Source: Methanococcoides methylutens
GTDB taxonomy: Archaea; Halobacteriota; Methanosarcinia; Methanosarcinales; Methanosarcinaceae
Assembly: GCF_000765475.1 (NCBI RefSeq)
Contig: NZ_JRHO01000014.1
Span: 365,687 to 389,686, forward strand
Length of the DNA: 24,000 nt
Direction: 5' to 3'
In this document: piece after piece, positions 1 to 7,557 of the stretch
Layout of the letters: every line of letters starts with the position of its first letter
Position numbering within the stretch: the stretch's first letter is position 1
The notes under the pieces: model-generated
Databases searched by the model: none
What the model was told of the DNA's origin: nothing
Seen by the model: only the letters and a program-made list of their open reading frames with translations
Made by a program: the position numbers and the translations under genes

Positions 1-651
1 ATCCCCGAACTGGAATCCGGAATCTGCTGCATCCCTGAAAGGACCATAGAATGCTGAAGAATATTTGGCTGCATAGGACATTATAGGAGTGTTCTTGAAA
101 TTCCCATCATCCAGAGCCGTACGAATAGCACCGATCATACCGTCCATCATACCTGAAGGTGCCACAATGTCAGCACCTGCATTTGCATGACTTACAGCGA
201 TCCTGCCCAGTATGTCAAGGGTCGGGTCATTGAGAACCTCTTCGGTCTCAAAGTCCACAACACCACAATGACCATGGCTTGTGTATTCACACATGCAGAC
301 ATCAGTGATGACCACCATGTCCTTTCCAAGGTCTTCCTTGATAGCACGGACAGCCTGCTGGACAATGTCCTCATCGCCATAGGAACAGGTGCCAGTCTCA
401 TCCTTGTGCTCCGGGATACCGAAAAGTACCACTGCAGGAATTCCAAGATCTGCTGCATCCTTTGCATCATCAACAACCTTATCCAGAGGCAAACGCTGGA
501 CACCGGGCATAGATGACACATCCACAGTAGAATCAATGGTTTCATCCACGAACATAGGATATATCAAGTCGTTAGCGCTAAGTTCGGTCTCCCGAACCAG
601 ATCACGTATCTTACCACTTCTTAACCTTCGCATTCTAACATGTGGGAACAT
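1..651 (-). CDS. hemB: Porphobilinogen synthase (delta-aminolevulinate dehydratase), 5' part; the gene runs off the left edge
   Basis: Absent from the ORF track because it is edge-truncated. My minus-strand translation from the ATG at 649-651 reads MFPHVRMRRLRSGKIRDLVRETELSANDLIYPMFVDE...VITDVCMCEYTSHGHCG...IVAPSGMMDG...YAAKYSSAFYGPFRDA. It contains the Cys-rich Zn motif DxCxCxYTxxGHCG typical of PBGS. The frame stays open to position 1. The start lies 11 nt downstream of the hemA stop. Confidence 0.9.
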   Translation of the reverse strand, partial: MFPHVRMRRLRSGKIRDLVRETELSANDLIYPMFVDETIDSTVDVSSMPGVQRLPLDKVVDDAKDAADLGIPAVVLFGIPEHKDETGTCSYGDEDIVQQAVRAIKEDLGKDMVVITDVCMCEYTSHGHCGVVDFETEEVLNDPTLDILGRIAVSHANAGADIVAPSGMMDGMIGAIRTALDDGNFKNTPIMSYAAKYSSAFYGPFRDAADSGFQFGD

Positions 652-662
652 AGTATCAACTC

Positions 663-1931
663 TTAATTTGTAGCATCATTGCTCTTCTTAATCGGACTGA
701 TATCAAATAAACGGGATACAGAATCTAAAAACTCTTCATCATCGTATTCAGCGGCATTGCGTAATTTTTTGGTCGGCTCTGCCAGGATCTTGTTTGTAAT
801 AGCACGGGTAAGGTCCACAAGCACCTTGCGTTCAAAGTCACCTATCGTATGATAGGAACTCAACTTATTAATGGCGTGCTCCATCTCGGTTTCTCTCAAA
901 CCATAGGAATTGCTGTAAAGCTTCGAAATAATAACATCTGCTTTCTGACGCTTATACTGGGACCGAAGAAGTTCAAGTTCCTGTTCAACTATGACCTCTG
1001 CCTTCTTGGCCTCAACCATCCTCATCTGAAGATTTTTCTCATTTATGACACGCAGACCGTCAATATTGCGAAGAATTACATGAGGGATGTCTTCTACCAA
1101 AGGATCAATGTCTCTCGGGCTTGCAATATCAATAAGCAGAAGCTCGTTCGTACGTCCATCCATGATTTTCTCGACAATGTCCTTCTTCAGGACATAATGT
1201 GGAGCAGAAGTAGCACTTATCACCACATCAGCTGCGGAAACATATTTCTCAAGCTGGTCAAACATGACAGCTTCGCCACCAAGCTCTACTGCAAGATCCT
1301 TTGCTTTCTCGTAGGTACGATTTGCAATATAGATCACATTCATGTCCCTGTGTGCAAGAGCCCTTGTAACCAGAGTACCCATCTCCCCGGTACCAACTAC
1401 AAGGATATTCTTGTCATTGAGACCATCCAGGATATCATCGGCAAGATCAACAGCTGCAGAAGCAATGGAAACCGCTCCCCTGTTGATGAAGGTCTCGGTA
1501 CGTACCCTCTTGCCAACCTGTATAGCCTTGCTGAAAGCAGTATCCAGGACCTTTCCTACAGTACCGGCTTTTTTTGCGACAAGGAACAGGTCTTTCATCT
1601 GTCCCAGTATCTGAGCCTCTCCAATTATCATGGACTCAAGACCGGAAGCAAGCCTCAGGAGGTGCCTTAAAGATTCATCATGGTCATAGAACTCCACGAT
1701 ATTTGCTGACACGCCCATCTCCTTGGCATAATGGAACAGAACACTGCTACCCTTTGAGGAAACAACATATATTTCCACACGATTGCATGTCTTAAGAACC
1801 GCACACTCATAGACAAGTTCATTTGAGTATAGCTGATTCAGAACGAGATCAAGGTCCCCATGCCAGGAATCTTCCATTTCCTCAACAGTAGCCTTGGCAT
1901 GTGTAATGACCATACTTGATATCTCTGTCAC
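663..1931 (-). CDS. hemA: Glutamyl-tRNA reductase
   Basis: ORF 663-1946. Active-site motif TCNRVEIY and NADPH-binding motif VVGTGEMG. The track start at 1946 is a TTG. A GTG at 1929-1931 is preceded by GGAGGT and gives VTEISSMVITH..., so it is preferred. An ATG at 1911-1913 is an alternative start. Confidence 0.92.
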   Translation of the reverse strand: MTEISSMVITHAKATVEEMEDSWHGDLDLVLNQLYSNELVYECAVLKTCNRVEIYVVSSKGSSVLFHYAKEMGVSANIVEFYDHDESLRHLLRLASGLESMIIGEAQILGQMKDLFLVAKKAGTVGKVLDTAFSKAIQVGKRVRTETFINRGAVSIASAAVDLADDILDGLNDKNILVVGTGEMGTLVTRALAHRDMNVIYIANRTYEKAKDLAVELGGEAVMFDQLEKYVSAADVVISATSAPHYVLKKDIVEKIMDGRTNELLLIDIASPRDIDPLVEDIPHVILRNIDGLRVINEKNLQMRMVEAKKAEVIVEQELELLRSQYKRQKADVIISKLYSNSYGLRETEMEHAINKLSSYHTIGDFERKVLVDLTRAITNKILAEPTKKLRNAAEYDDEEFLDSVSRLFDISPIKKSNDATN

Positions 1932-2023
1932 AGTGAACCTCCACAATGAACGTGCATTAGATGTAGCATACCTTCATGAACACGAACATCGGACTTAAAT
2001 TTAATGTAATGTTCCATATAATA

Positions 2024-2704
2024 TCAACCTTTCTTGCTTATGTGCTCCTGAACTATACTATATGCTATATTATACCCTTTTTCATATGAAACATCAAGAG
2101 CTTCCCATACTGACCGATCTTCAAGAATCTCCCAGAGAATAGCCTTTCTTGTCTTTTGCTCTGCAACTTTACCCTTTAGAAGAGTTCGAATCTGATCCTG
2201 CAGTTTGATCATATCCCCATACTGAGGAGTGATAAAAGTTTCTATTTTCCTGCGAGTGTATTTGGATACTGCAGGACTGGAACCAAGTGTGGAAACACCA
2301 ATTGTCAGACCGCCTCTCTTAATTACAGAAGGAATGACCACATCATCTGCCATATCAACACGATTTACCAATGCACCTGACCTTCGGGCACATTCCTTTA
2401 TCCTATCGTTCAAATCAACCATATTAGTTGCGGGAATAACGAGGAAAGCACCCATGACAAGCTCTTCAAGCTTTTCGTCTGATACGAATAAAAGGTCCAT
2501 GGAAATCAGTTCCACAGAAGATGAGGATGCAAGGTCCCAAAGCTCAGGAACGAAGTCAGCACTTACAACTATAGTATGTGCATACTCCGAAAACAGTGAT
2601 GCTTTTCGAAGACCCACAGAACCTCCACCAAAGATGATCACTTTCCTGTCACTCAGATCAATAAAAAGTGGCAGATAGGTACGACTATCGGTATGCTCTA
2701 CCAT
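2024..2704 (-). CDS. Precorrin-2 dehydrogenase / sirohydrochlorin ferrochelatase (SirC / CysG N-terminal domain type)
   Basis: 226 aa with an N-terminal Rossmann motif VIIFGGGSVGLRK. The length and layout match short siroheme synthase proteins. Its ATG directly abuts the stop of the upstream ahb gene, and it sits between ahbA/B-type genes and hemA. Confidence 0.82.
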   Translation of the reverse strand: MVEHTDSRTYLPLFIDLSDRKVIIFGGGSVGLRKASLFSEYAHTIVVSADFVPELWDLASSSSVELISMDLLFVSDEKLEELVMGAFLVIPATNMVDLNDRIKECARRSGALVNRVDMADDVVIPSVIKRGGLTIGVSTLGSSPAVSKYTRRKIETFITPQYGDMIKLQDQIRTLLKGKVAEQKTRKAILWEILEDRSVWEALDVSYEKGYNIAYSIVQEHISKKG

Positions 2705-3184
2705 TCACAACCTCACACCGGTCTTTTTAAACTCGCGGACACTGTACAAGAGATTATAATCAGTGATGCCCGTGGCCCTTGATATCTCCTGCGCAACGTA
2801 TTCACAATCTTCCTTTGTATAGGAATGTACCATGGTGAAAAGGTTGTAAGGCCAATCAGGATAACGTGGTCTTTCATAACAGTGAGTGACCTCAGTAAAG
2901 CCTGCCATAACAGCACCCACTTCTTCAACACGCTCATCAGGAACATTCCAGGTACACATTGCATTTGCAGTGATCCCGATCGCACGATGACCGATGGATG
3001 CACCAAATCTGCGAATAAAGCCATTTTTCTGAAGTTGTTCTATCCTTTGGACAACCTCATCCTCAGTTATCCCAAGTTCTTCTGAGATTATAGCAAATGG
3101 CGAATGGACAAATGGTATGCCATCCTGAGTTAGCTTGAGAAGACGAGTATCGACCTCATCCATGACAACATTATCATTTGACAT
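2705..3184 (-). CDS. Siroheme decarboxylase subunit (AhbA/AhbB, NirD/L/G/H family; AsnC/Lrp-like fold)
   Basis: 159 aa. N-terminal HTH-like segment LDEVDTRLLKLTQDGIPFVHSPFAIISEELGITEDEV followed by RRFGASIGHRAIG. It is a paralog of the adjacent gene and overlaps it by 11 nt. Context is siroheme and hem genes. I cannot tell AhbA from AhbB by eye. Confidence 0.78.
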   Translation of the reverse strand: MSNDNVVMDEVDTRLLKLTQDGIPFVHSPFAIISEELGITEDEVVQRIEQLQKNGFIRRFGASIGHRAIGITANAMCTWNVPDERVEEVGAVMAGFTEVTHCYERPRYPDWPYNLFTMVHSYTKEDCEYVAQEISRATGITDYNLLYSVREFKKTGVRL

Positions 3185-3629
3185 CGAATTTCACCCCGAT
3201 CTTAAAAAGTCGTTTTGTAGGCAGATTTATCAACGGACAGCCGGTCTCTTCCTGAAGGTCATTTATGATCTGCTCCAGACGTTCCTTGTTAGCAGCAGAC
3301 ACTGTGAACCATATATTATAATCTGCCTGGCGCAAATAGTTATGGGAAACTTCCTGATGTTGATTGATAAGCTCTGCGATCTCATCTATCTTTGATTCAG
3401 GAGCTTTTAATGCAACAAGAGTACTGGTCCCACCCACTCTTTTTGTGTTGATAACAGGACCAATTCGACGCACTGCACCTTCTTCCTTTAAACGGCCCAT
3501 ACGCTCCAGCAGTTCCTCTTCAGAGATGCCCAGTTGAAAGCTCATTTTTTCAAATGGATGAACATCAAGTGGAAAATCCAGCTGGATCAGATTAAGGATA
3601 TTCTTATCAATATCATCAAGTTGTATCAT
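3174..3629 (-). CDS. Siroheme decarboxylase subunit (AhbA/AhbB, NirD/L/G/H family), second paralog
   Basis: ORF 3174-3644 (the track start is a TTG). The ATG at 3627-3629 gives MIQLDDIDKNILNLIQLDFPLDVHPFEKMSFQLGISEEEL...RRIGPVINTKRVG, the same architecture as the neighbouring gene. Confidence 0.78.
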   Translation of the reverse strand: MIQLDDIDKNILNLIQLDFPLDVHPFEKMSFQLGISEEELLERMGRLKEEGAVRRIGPVINTKRVGGTSTLVALKAPESKIDEIAELINQHQEVSHNYLRQADYNIWFTVSAANKERLEQIINDLQEETGCPLINLPTKRLFKIGVKFDVK

Positions 3630-3810
3630 ATAAATGAACACCAAATGTTTTATTTTGTTATGCAGCGAGCTTATTCCATATTGAATGGTATAAGATATAC
3701 ATCAATGTAGATGAATGAAAAATACACTAACGAACTCAGACCGTTGTAACCTTTCCCCCTTCTTGATGTATGTGTTTATATTTGTTTCCTTCTATGTGTG
3801 AGAAGCAAAT

Positions 3811-3891
3811 GAAAATATATCATCATAATTATACTAATTATTAGAAACATATATATTCTAGAAAAAACAATTGAATTTCGCCTATGAGGTG
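3811..3891 (+). promoter_or_regulatory. Candidate archaeal promoter and RBS for arlB1
   Basis: TATA-like GAAAATATAT at 3811-3820 and a second AT box ACATATATATT around 3847-3857. Shine-Dalgarno GAGGTG at 3886-3891 lies 7 nt before the ATG at 3899. The same GAAAATATAT decamer recurs at 5076-5085. There is no experimental TSS. Confidence 0.35.
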
Positions 3892-3898
3892 ACTAAAC

Positions 3899-4459
3899 AT
3901 GTGGAAAAATTTTTCAAAAGATGATAAAGCATTTACAGGACTTGAAGCAGCGATAGTCCTGATTGCTTTCGTAGTCGTGGCAGCTGTTTTCAGCTATGTC
4001 ATGTTGGGAGCGGGTTTCTATACAACCCAGAAGAGCCAGGAAGTAGTGCACACAGGTGTACAGCAAGCAAGTAGCAGTGTAGCAGTAGCCGGAGATGTTG
4101 TAATTAGAGGCCATACAACAGCCGGAAGTGCAACCAATGTTACATTCTATGTAACAAATACTGCAGGCGGATCCCCTGTAGATCTCAGCAAATCAATGCT
4201 GACTTACACGGATTCGAATGATTTTGTTGCCAACTGTACTTGGGAGACGGAATGTACGCTTGGAGATGACGACAACCTGGTTGAGAAAGGTGAAAAATAT
4301 CAAATCACAGCCACATTGGGTTCTACATCAGGAGTATCCCTTCCTACAGTAAATGAACAAATAAAACTTGAACTTAAACCACCAGATGGAGCTGTACTGG
4401 TACTACAGAGAACAATGCCGCCAGAATTGGGTGCTAATGAATACCAGACAGTCTATTGA
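3899..4459 (+). CDS. arlB: Archaellin (archaeal flagellin) 1
   Basis: 186 aa. Class III signal peptide and hydrophobic N-terminal helix: MWKNFSKDDKA/FTGLEAAIVLIAFVVVAAVFSYVMLGAGFYTTQKSQEVVHTG, as in class-II methanogen archaellins. N-x-S/T sequons NVT and NCT. First gene of the arl operon. Confidence 0.9.
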   Translation: MWKNFSKDDKAFTGLEAAIVLIAFVVVAAVFSYVMLGAGFYTTQKSQEVVHTGVQQASSSVAVAGDVVIRGHTTAGSATNVTFYVTNTAGGSPVDLSKSMLTYTDSNDFVANCTWETECTLGDDDNLVEKGEKYQITATLGSTSGVSLPTVNEQIKLELKPPDGAVLVLQRTMPPELGANEYQTVY

Positions 4460-4473
4460 TGAGGTGTTTCAAA

Positions 4474-5034
4474 ATGTTTAAAAGATTCTTTAATAATGAT
4501 AAAGCGTTTACTGGTTTGGAAGCAGCAATCGTCCTGGTCGCATTCGTGGTCGTGGCAGCAGTTTTCAGTTATGTCATGCTCGGAGCAGGTTTTTATACAA
4601 CCCAGAAGAGCCAGGAAGTGGTACACACAGGTGTAGCACAAGCAAGTAGCAGTATTGAGATAAGTGGAGACGTTATTGCAGCAGGATACACTGGCAACGA
4701 TACACTTGCAAATATGACCATATTCCTGCAACTTACTGCAGGAGGTTCAGCAGTTGACATCAACAAAACCATAGTCACATACACAGACAGTACCAACCAC
4801 GCATCTTACACATTAAGTGATTCAGAAATGAATGTAACCGCAAAACACGGTGGTGCAGATGGTGACGAGCTCCTCGAAAAATTCGAGAAGTTTGAAGTGC
4901 TTGTTGATATTAGCGGATATGATGTGGGTCCAAACGAAGAGTTCCAGATTGAGATAAAGCCACCTGAAGGAGCTTCCTACACTCTGCAGAGGACAGCACC
5001 CCCACAAATCGATGCAATAATGACACTCTATTAA
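4474..5034 (+). CDS. arlB: Archaellin (archaeal flagellin) 2
   Basis: ORF 4456-5034. The ATG at 4474 is preferred because GAGGTG at 4461-4466 lies 7 nt upstream, the same geometry as arlB1. N-terminus MFKRFFNNDKA/FTGLEAAIVLVAFVVVAAVFSYVMLGAGFYTTQKSQEVVHTG. The C-terminal domain has diverged. Four sequons: NDT, NMT, NKT, NVT. Confidence 0.9.
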   Translation: MFKRFFNNDKAFTGLEAAIVLVAFVVVAAVFSYVMLGAGFYTTQKSQEVVHTGVAQASSSIEISGDVIAAGYTGNDTLANMTIFLQLTAGGSAVDINKTIVTYTDSTNHASYTLSDSEMNVTAKHGGADGDELLEKFEKFEVLVDISGYDVGPNEEFQIEIKPPEGASYTLQRTAPPQIDAIMTLY

Positions 5035-5040
5035 AGAGTG

Positions 5041-5067
5041 TCTCATCTTTTTTTATTTTTGAGATGA
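5041..5067 (+). terminator. Oligo-T terminator candidate after arlB2
   Basis: T7-A-T5 run at 5048-5060, 14 nt after the arlB2 stop. It is flanked by a short complementary pair, TCATCT (5043-5048) and AGATGA (5062-5067). Archaeal terminators are typically oligo-T tracts. This fits a separate abundant archaellin transcript. Confidence 0.45.
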
Positions 5068-5171
5068 AACAAAAAGAAAATATATTAATTAATAGATGTA
5101 ACTATCCTTCCTTAATTAGTATTATTATTATAATTATTATTAAAATTTTTATATGTCCAGGTGAGTAAAAA

Positions 5172-5870
5172 ATGGGTGATGCAGAAGGTTTCGACCAGTC
5201 AATGATTGATGATCTGATGACGAGTGCTGAAGGAGACACCGTAGAGTCCAAAGTTGCTGACTTGGAAGCCGAGGTAGCTGAAATAAAAGGTTCTGTTAAA
5301 AAGCTCCTCTTGGATATAAGGGAAACAATGAGCGTTCTTGAGAATCCTTTTCAGAACATTCAGGCAATATCCAATCTTACTGCCCAAACACCTAATCCGG
5401 CCCATGTGCCCCCTACACCGCCAATAGATGAAATTCCTGATGCTGTCGAGGTTGAACCAGTTCCCCAGAATATTTCCAATATTCACGATCAAAATATGGA
5501 AAATAATGCCATGGGGAACAATGATTATGCCCAACAGGCAAGTAATCTTCCTGATTTTAAGCTTGTAGACCCCCTCTCATTCCATAAGACGATAATATGG
5601 GGACGAGAGATGGTGGAAAAATATGATTCTGAAACTATGCAGGAACTAGTCGAAATATTCTCACTCCTGGGCTATATCCCTGATAACATAAAAGAGATTA
5701 TACTCAAAATCACAAATATACTTTATGAAAATAATAATCTAGACGAATCGGTCATGGACCTATACAAGCTTTACCATATACTCAATCCGGAAGATCCAAG
5801 CCTTGACTCCAAGGTACTGGATTTAGTTCTGAATGAAAACGATGCGGAGAGTCCATGTCAAATGAAGTGA
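5172..5870 (+). CDS. Archaellum accessory protein of the ArlC/D/E (FlaC/D/E) type: N-terminal coiled coil plus C-terminal FlaD/E-like domain
   Basis: 232 aa. Heptad-like N-terminus VADLEAEVAEIKGSVKKLLLDIRETMSVLENPFQ, a Pro/Asn-rich linker, and a C-terminal segment FHKTIIWGREMVEKYDSETMQELVEIFSLLGYIPDNIKEIILKI that resembles the FlaD/E domain. The position between arlB and arlF is the canonical euryarchaeal slot. RBS AGGTGAG at 5159-5165. Confidence 0.68.
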   Translation: MGDAEGFDQSMIDDLMTSAEGDTVESKVADLEAEVAEIKGSVKKLLLDIRETMSVLENPFQNIQAISNLTAQTPNPAHVPPTPPIDEIPDAVEVEPVPQNISNIHDQNMENNAMGNNDYAQQASNLPDFKLVDPLSFHKTIIWGREMVEKYDSETMQELVEIFSLLGYIPDNIKEIILKITNILYENNNLDESVMDLYKLYHILNPEDPSLDSKVLDLVLNENDAESPCQMK

Positions 5871-6328
5871 TAACTACATCGATACTTGTAATAGCAAGTG
5901 TTGTAGCAGTTGTAGCTTTAGTTAGTGCTGTTGTTCCTTCGGTGAATGAGTTGTCACGTTCTTACACTTCTGTTGCAGATGAAATGGGAACTGAGGTCAG
6001 AACTGATGTCGATATAATATTTATTTCCGCTCAGGGAAACAACGTTTCCGTTTGGATCAAAAATGTTGGTTCCTCCAGGATTCCTTTATCCTATTTTGGA
6101 ATGAGTGACATATTTATCACGTCCTCTTCTAATTACTGGCATCCTGATTTTGAAAGCACATCCAATCCCGCCTGGAATTATACACTTGAAAATGGTGATG
6201 GAAATACGTGGGACTCAGGTGAAACAATAAAAACAATTATCGAGTTAGATAATCTACCCAGTGATACCTATAAGTTGAATTTCATTCTTTATAATGGAGT
6301 CTCCGGGTCAGATATATTCTCCAAGTGA
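5855..6328 (+). CDS. arlF: Archaellum protein ArlF (FlaF)-like; N-terminal TM helix plus a beta-rich domain
   Basis: 157 aa. Archaellin-like hydrophobic N-terminus ITTSILVIASVVAVVALVSAVVPS followed by VRTDVDIIFISAQGNNVSVWIKNVGSSRIP. The call relies on the canonical F-G-H-I-J gene order. ArlF and ArlG are not distinguishable by eye. Confidence 0.6.
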   Translation: MSNEVITTSILVIASVVAVVALVSAVVPSVNELSRSYTSVADEMGTEVRTDVDIIFISAQGNNVSVWIKNVGSSRIPLSYFGMSDIFITSSSNYWHPDFESTSNPAWNYTLENGDGNTWDSGETIKTIIELDNLPSDTYKLNFILYNGVSGSDIFSK

Positions 6329-6332
6329 TAAT

Positions 6333-6806
6333 ATGGGCTTTGATACAGTAATTGTTGCATTTTTTGTAATCACAACCATGATAGTTGTAGCAAACACCTT
6401 TATGATCGGGATGAATGACTTTGTAGATTCAGCTTATGATGGCTATAGTGCAATACATACAACTACAATGGATAAAATGCAAACGGATATTGAGATACAG
6501 ACAATCTGGTTCAATTCAACAGAAAATCACCTTCATTTCATCGTGGAAAATACCGGTGAAACCAAATTGAACAATTTTAATCTATGGGACATTATTGTTA
6601 TTAAAAACGGTACTGCCGATTATATGGATGACAATAAATGGACAATGGATGTGTATGATGGCCAGCTCAACCCCAATATTCTGGATCCACTCGAAGAAAT
6701 GGAAGTTGAGCTACATGAAGAATACGGGGTAGGAGATGAAATTATTTTAAAAATTGTCACTCCAAACGGCATTATTTCCTCCAAAGGGCACACAATTGGT
6801 GGTTGA
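6333..6806 (+). CDS. arlG: Archaellum protein ArlG (FlaG)-like; N-terminal TM helix plus a beta-rich domain
   Basis: ORF 6294-6806. The ATG at 6333, 5 nt after the arlF stop, gives MGFDTVIVAFFVITTMIVVANTF...DIEIQTIWFNSTENHLHFIVENTGETKL. This parallels the ArlF architecture. The assignment is by gene order. Confidence 0.6.
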   Translation: MGFDTVIVAFFVITTMIVVANTFMIGMNDFVDSAYDGYSAIHTTTMDKMQTDIEIQTIWFNSTENHLHFIVENTGETKLNNFNLWDIIVIKNGTADYMDDNKWTMDVYDGQLNPNILDPLEEMEVELHEEYGVGDEIILKIVTPNGIISSKGHTIGG

Positions 6807-6807
6807 A

Positions 6808-7524
6808 ATGGAAGACGAAGACAATAATAAAAACATTGTTTCAAGCGGTAATAATGAAATTGATAAAAAACTCGGAGAAGGCATACCTCTGGGATCCCTT
6901 GTACTTATAGAAGGTGAAAACGATACCGGAAAAAGTGTTTTGTGCCAACAGCTAGTATTTGGCGGATTGAATCAATTGCATAGGATGGCATATTATTCAA
7001 CTGAAAACACAATCAAAAGTCTACTTATGCAAATGGAAAGTCTAAGTCTGGATGTATCCGATTTTTACAGTTGGGGATATCTAAGAATATTCCCTGTTCA
7101 CCTTTCTGGCGTTGAATGGACCTCTGAACAGATGAAAGGCACTCTTAATCTGATGGCAGAGCACATCAAGAGCATAAGGGAGAAGGTGATAATAGTAGAT
7201 TCCCTCACAATGTTTACGACATATTCCGATGAAGATAATATTCTTGGTTTCCTTACAAGCCTTAAAAATTTTTGTGATCGAGGCCTTACTATTTTCATCA
7301 CCCTACACCAGCATGCTTTCAAGGAAGATACACTTGTAAGGATCAGATCTGCATGTGATTGCCATCTATTTCTCAGGAAAGAGCAGCTTTCAGATCGATA
7401 TATCAGTGTTATGGAAGTTTCAAAGCTAAGGGGCGCAAAGAAAACTACAGGTAATATTGTGAGTTTTGAAGTTCAACCTGGATATGGACTGAAAATTATT
7501 CCTATATCTCATGCCAAAACATGA
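6808..7524 (+). CDS. arlH: Archaellum ATP-binding protein ArlH (FlaH), KaiC/RecA-like
   Basis: ORF 6754-7524. The ATG at 6808 lies 1 nt after the arlG stop, with GGTGG upstream. Walker A LIEGENDTGKSVLCQQ and a Walker B-like VIIVDSLT. The size (238 aa) and position before arlI fit ArlH. Confidence 0.9.
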   Translation: MEDEDNNKNIVSSGNNEIDKKLGEGIPLGSLVLIEGENDTGKSVLCQQLVFGGLNQLHRMAYYSTENTIKSLLMQMESLSLDVSDFYSWGYLRIFPVHLSGVEWTSEQMKGTLNLMAEHIKSIREKVIIVDSLTMFTTYSDEDNILGFLTSLKNFCDRGLTIFITLHQHAFKEDTLVRIRSACDCHLFLRKEQLSDRYISVMEVSKLRGAKKTTGNIVSFEVQPGYGLKIIPISHAKT

Positions 7525-7557
7525 AAATGATGATTTTTTTAGTTTTTGGAGGTTTAT

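Noticed and set aside
849-1670. 273-aa plus-strand ORF inside hemA. Similar long antisense ORFs occur at 2229-2678, 13473-14135, 18109-18450, 18565-19185 and 21122-21648.
   Set aside because: Each lies fully within a well-supported minus-strand gene carrying recognisable catalytic motifs. The antisense translations are low-complexity, have no recognisable motifs and have no RBS.
3645-3898. Searched for EarA-type TACATA boxes (the Methanococcus fla activator site) upstream of arlB1
   Set aside because: Only near-matches (TACATC, TATGTG) occur in this spacer. The single exact TACATA is in the che leader (minus strand, around 22885-22895). One hexamer in AT-rich DNA is not evidence.
4456-4473. 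Extended upstream starts offered by the ORF track at 4456, 6294, 6754, 7546, 10995, 1946, 3644 and 22845
   Set aside because: In each case an internal ATG or GTG is preceded by a GGAGG/GAGGTG-type RBS at 5-8 nt and removes large overlaps with the upstream gene. Several of the track starts are TTG codons that lie inside the RBS itself.
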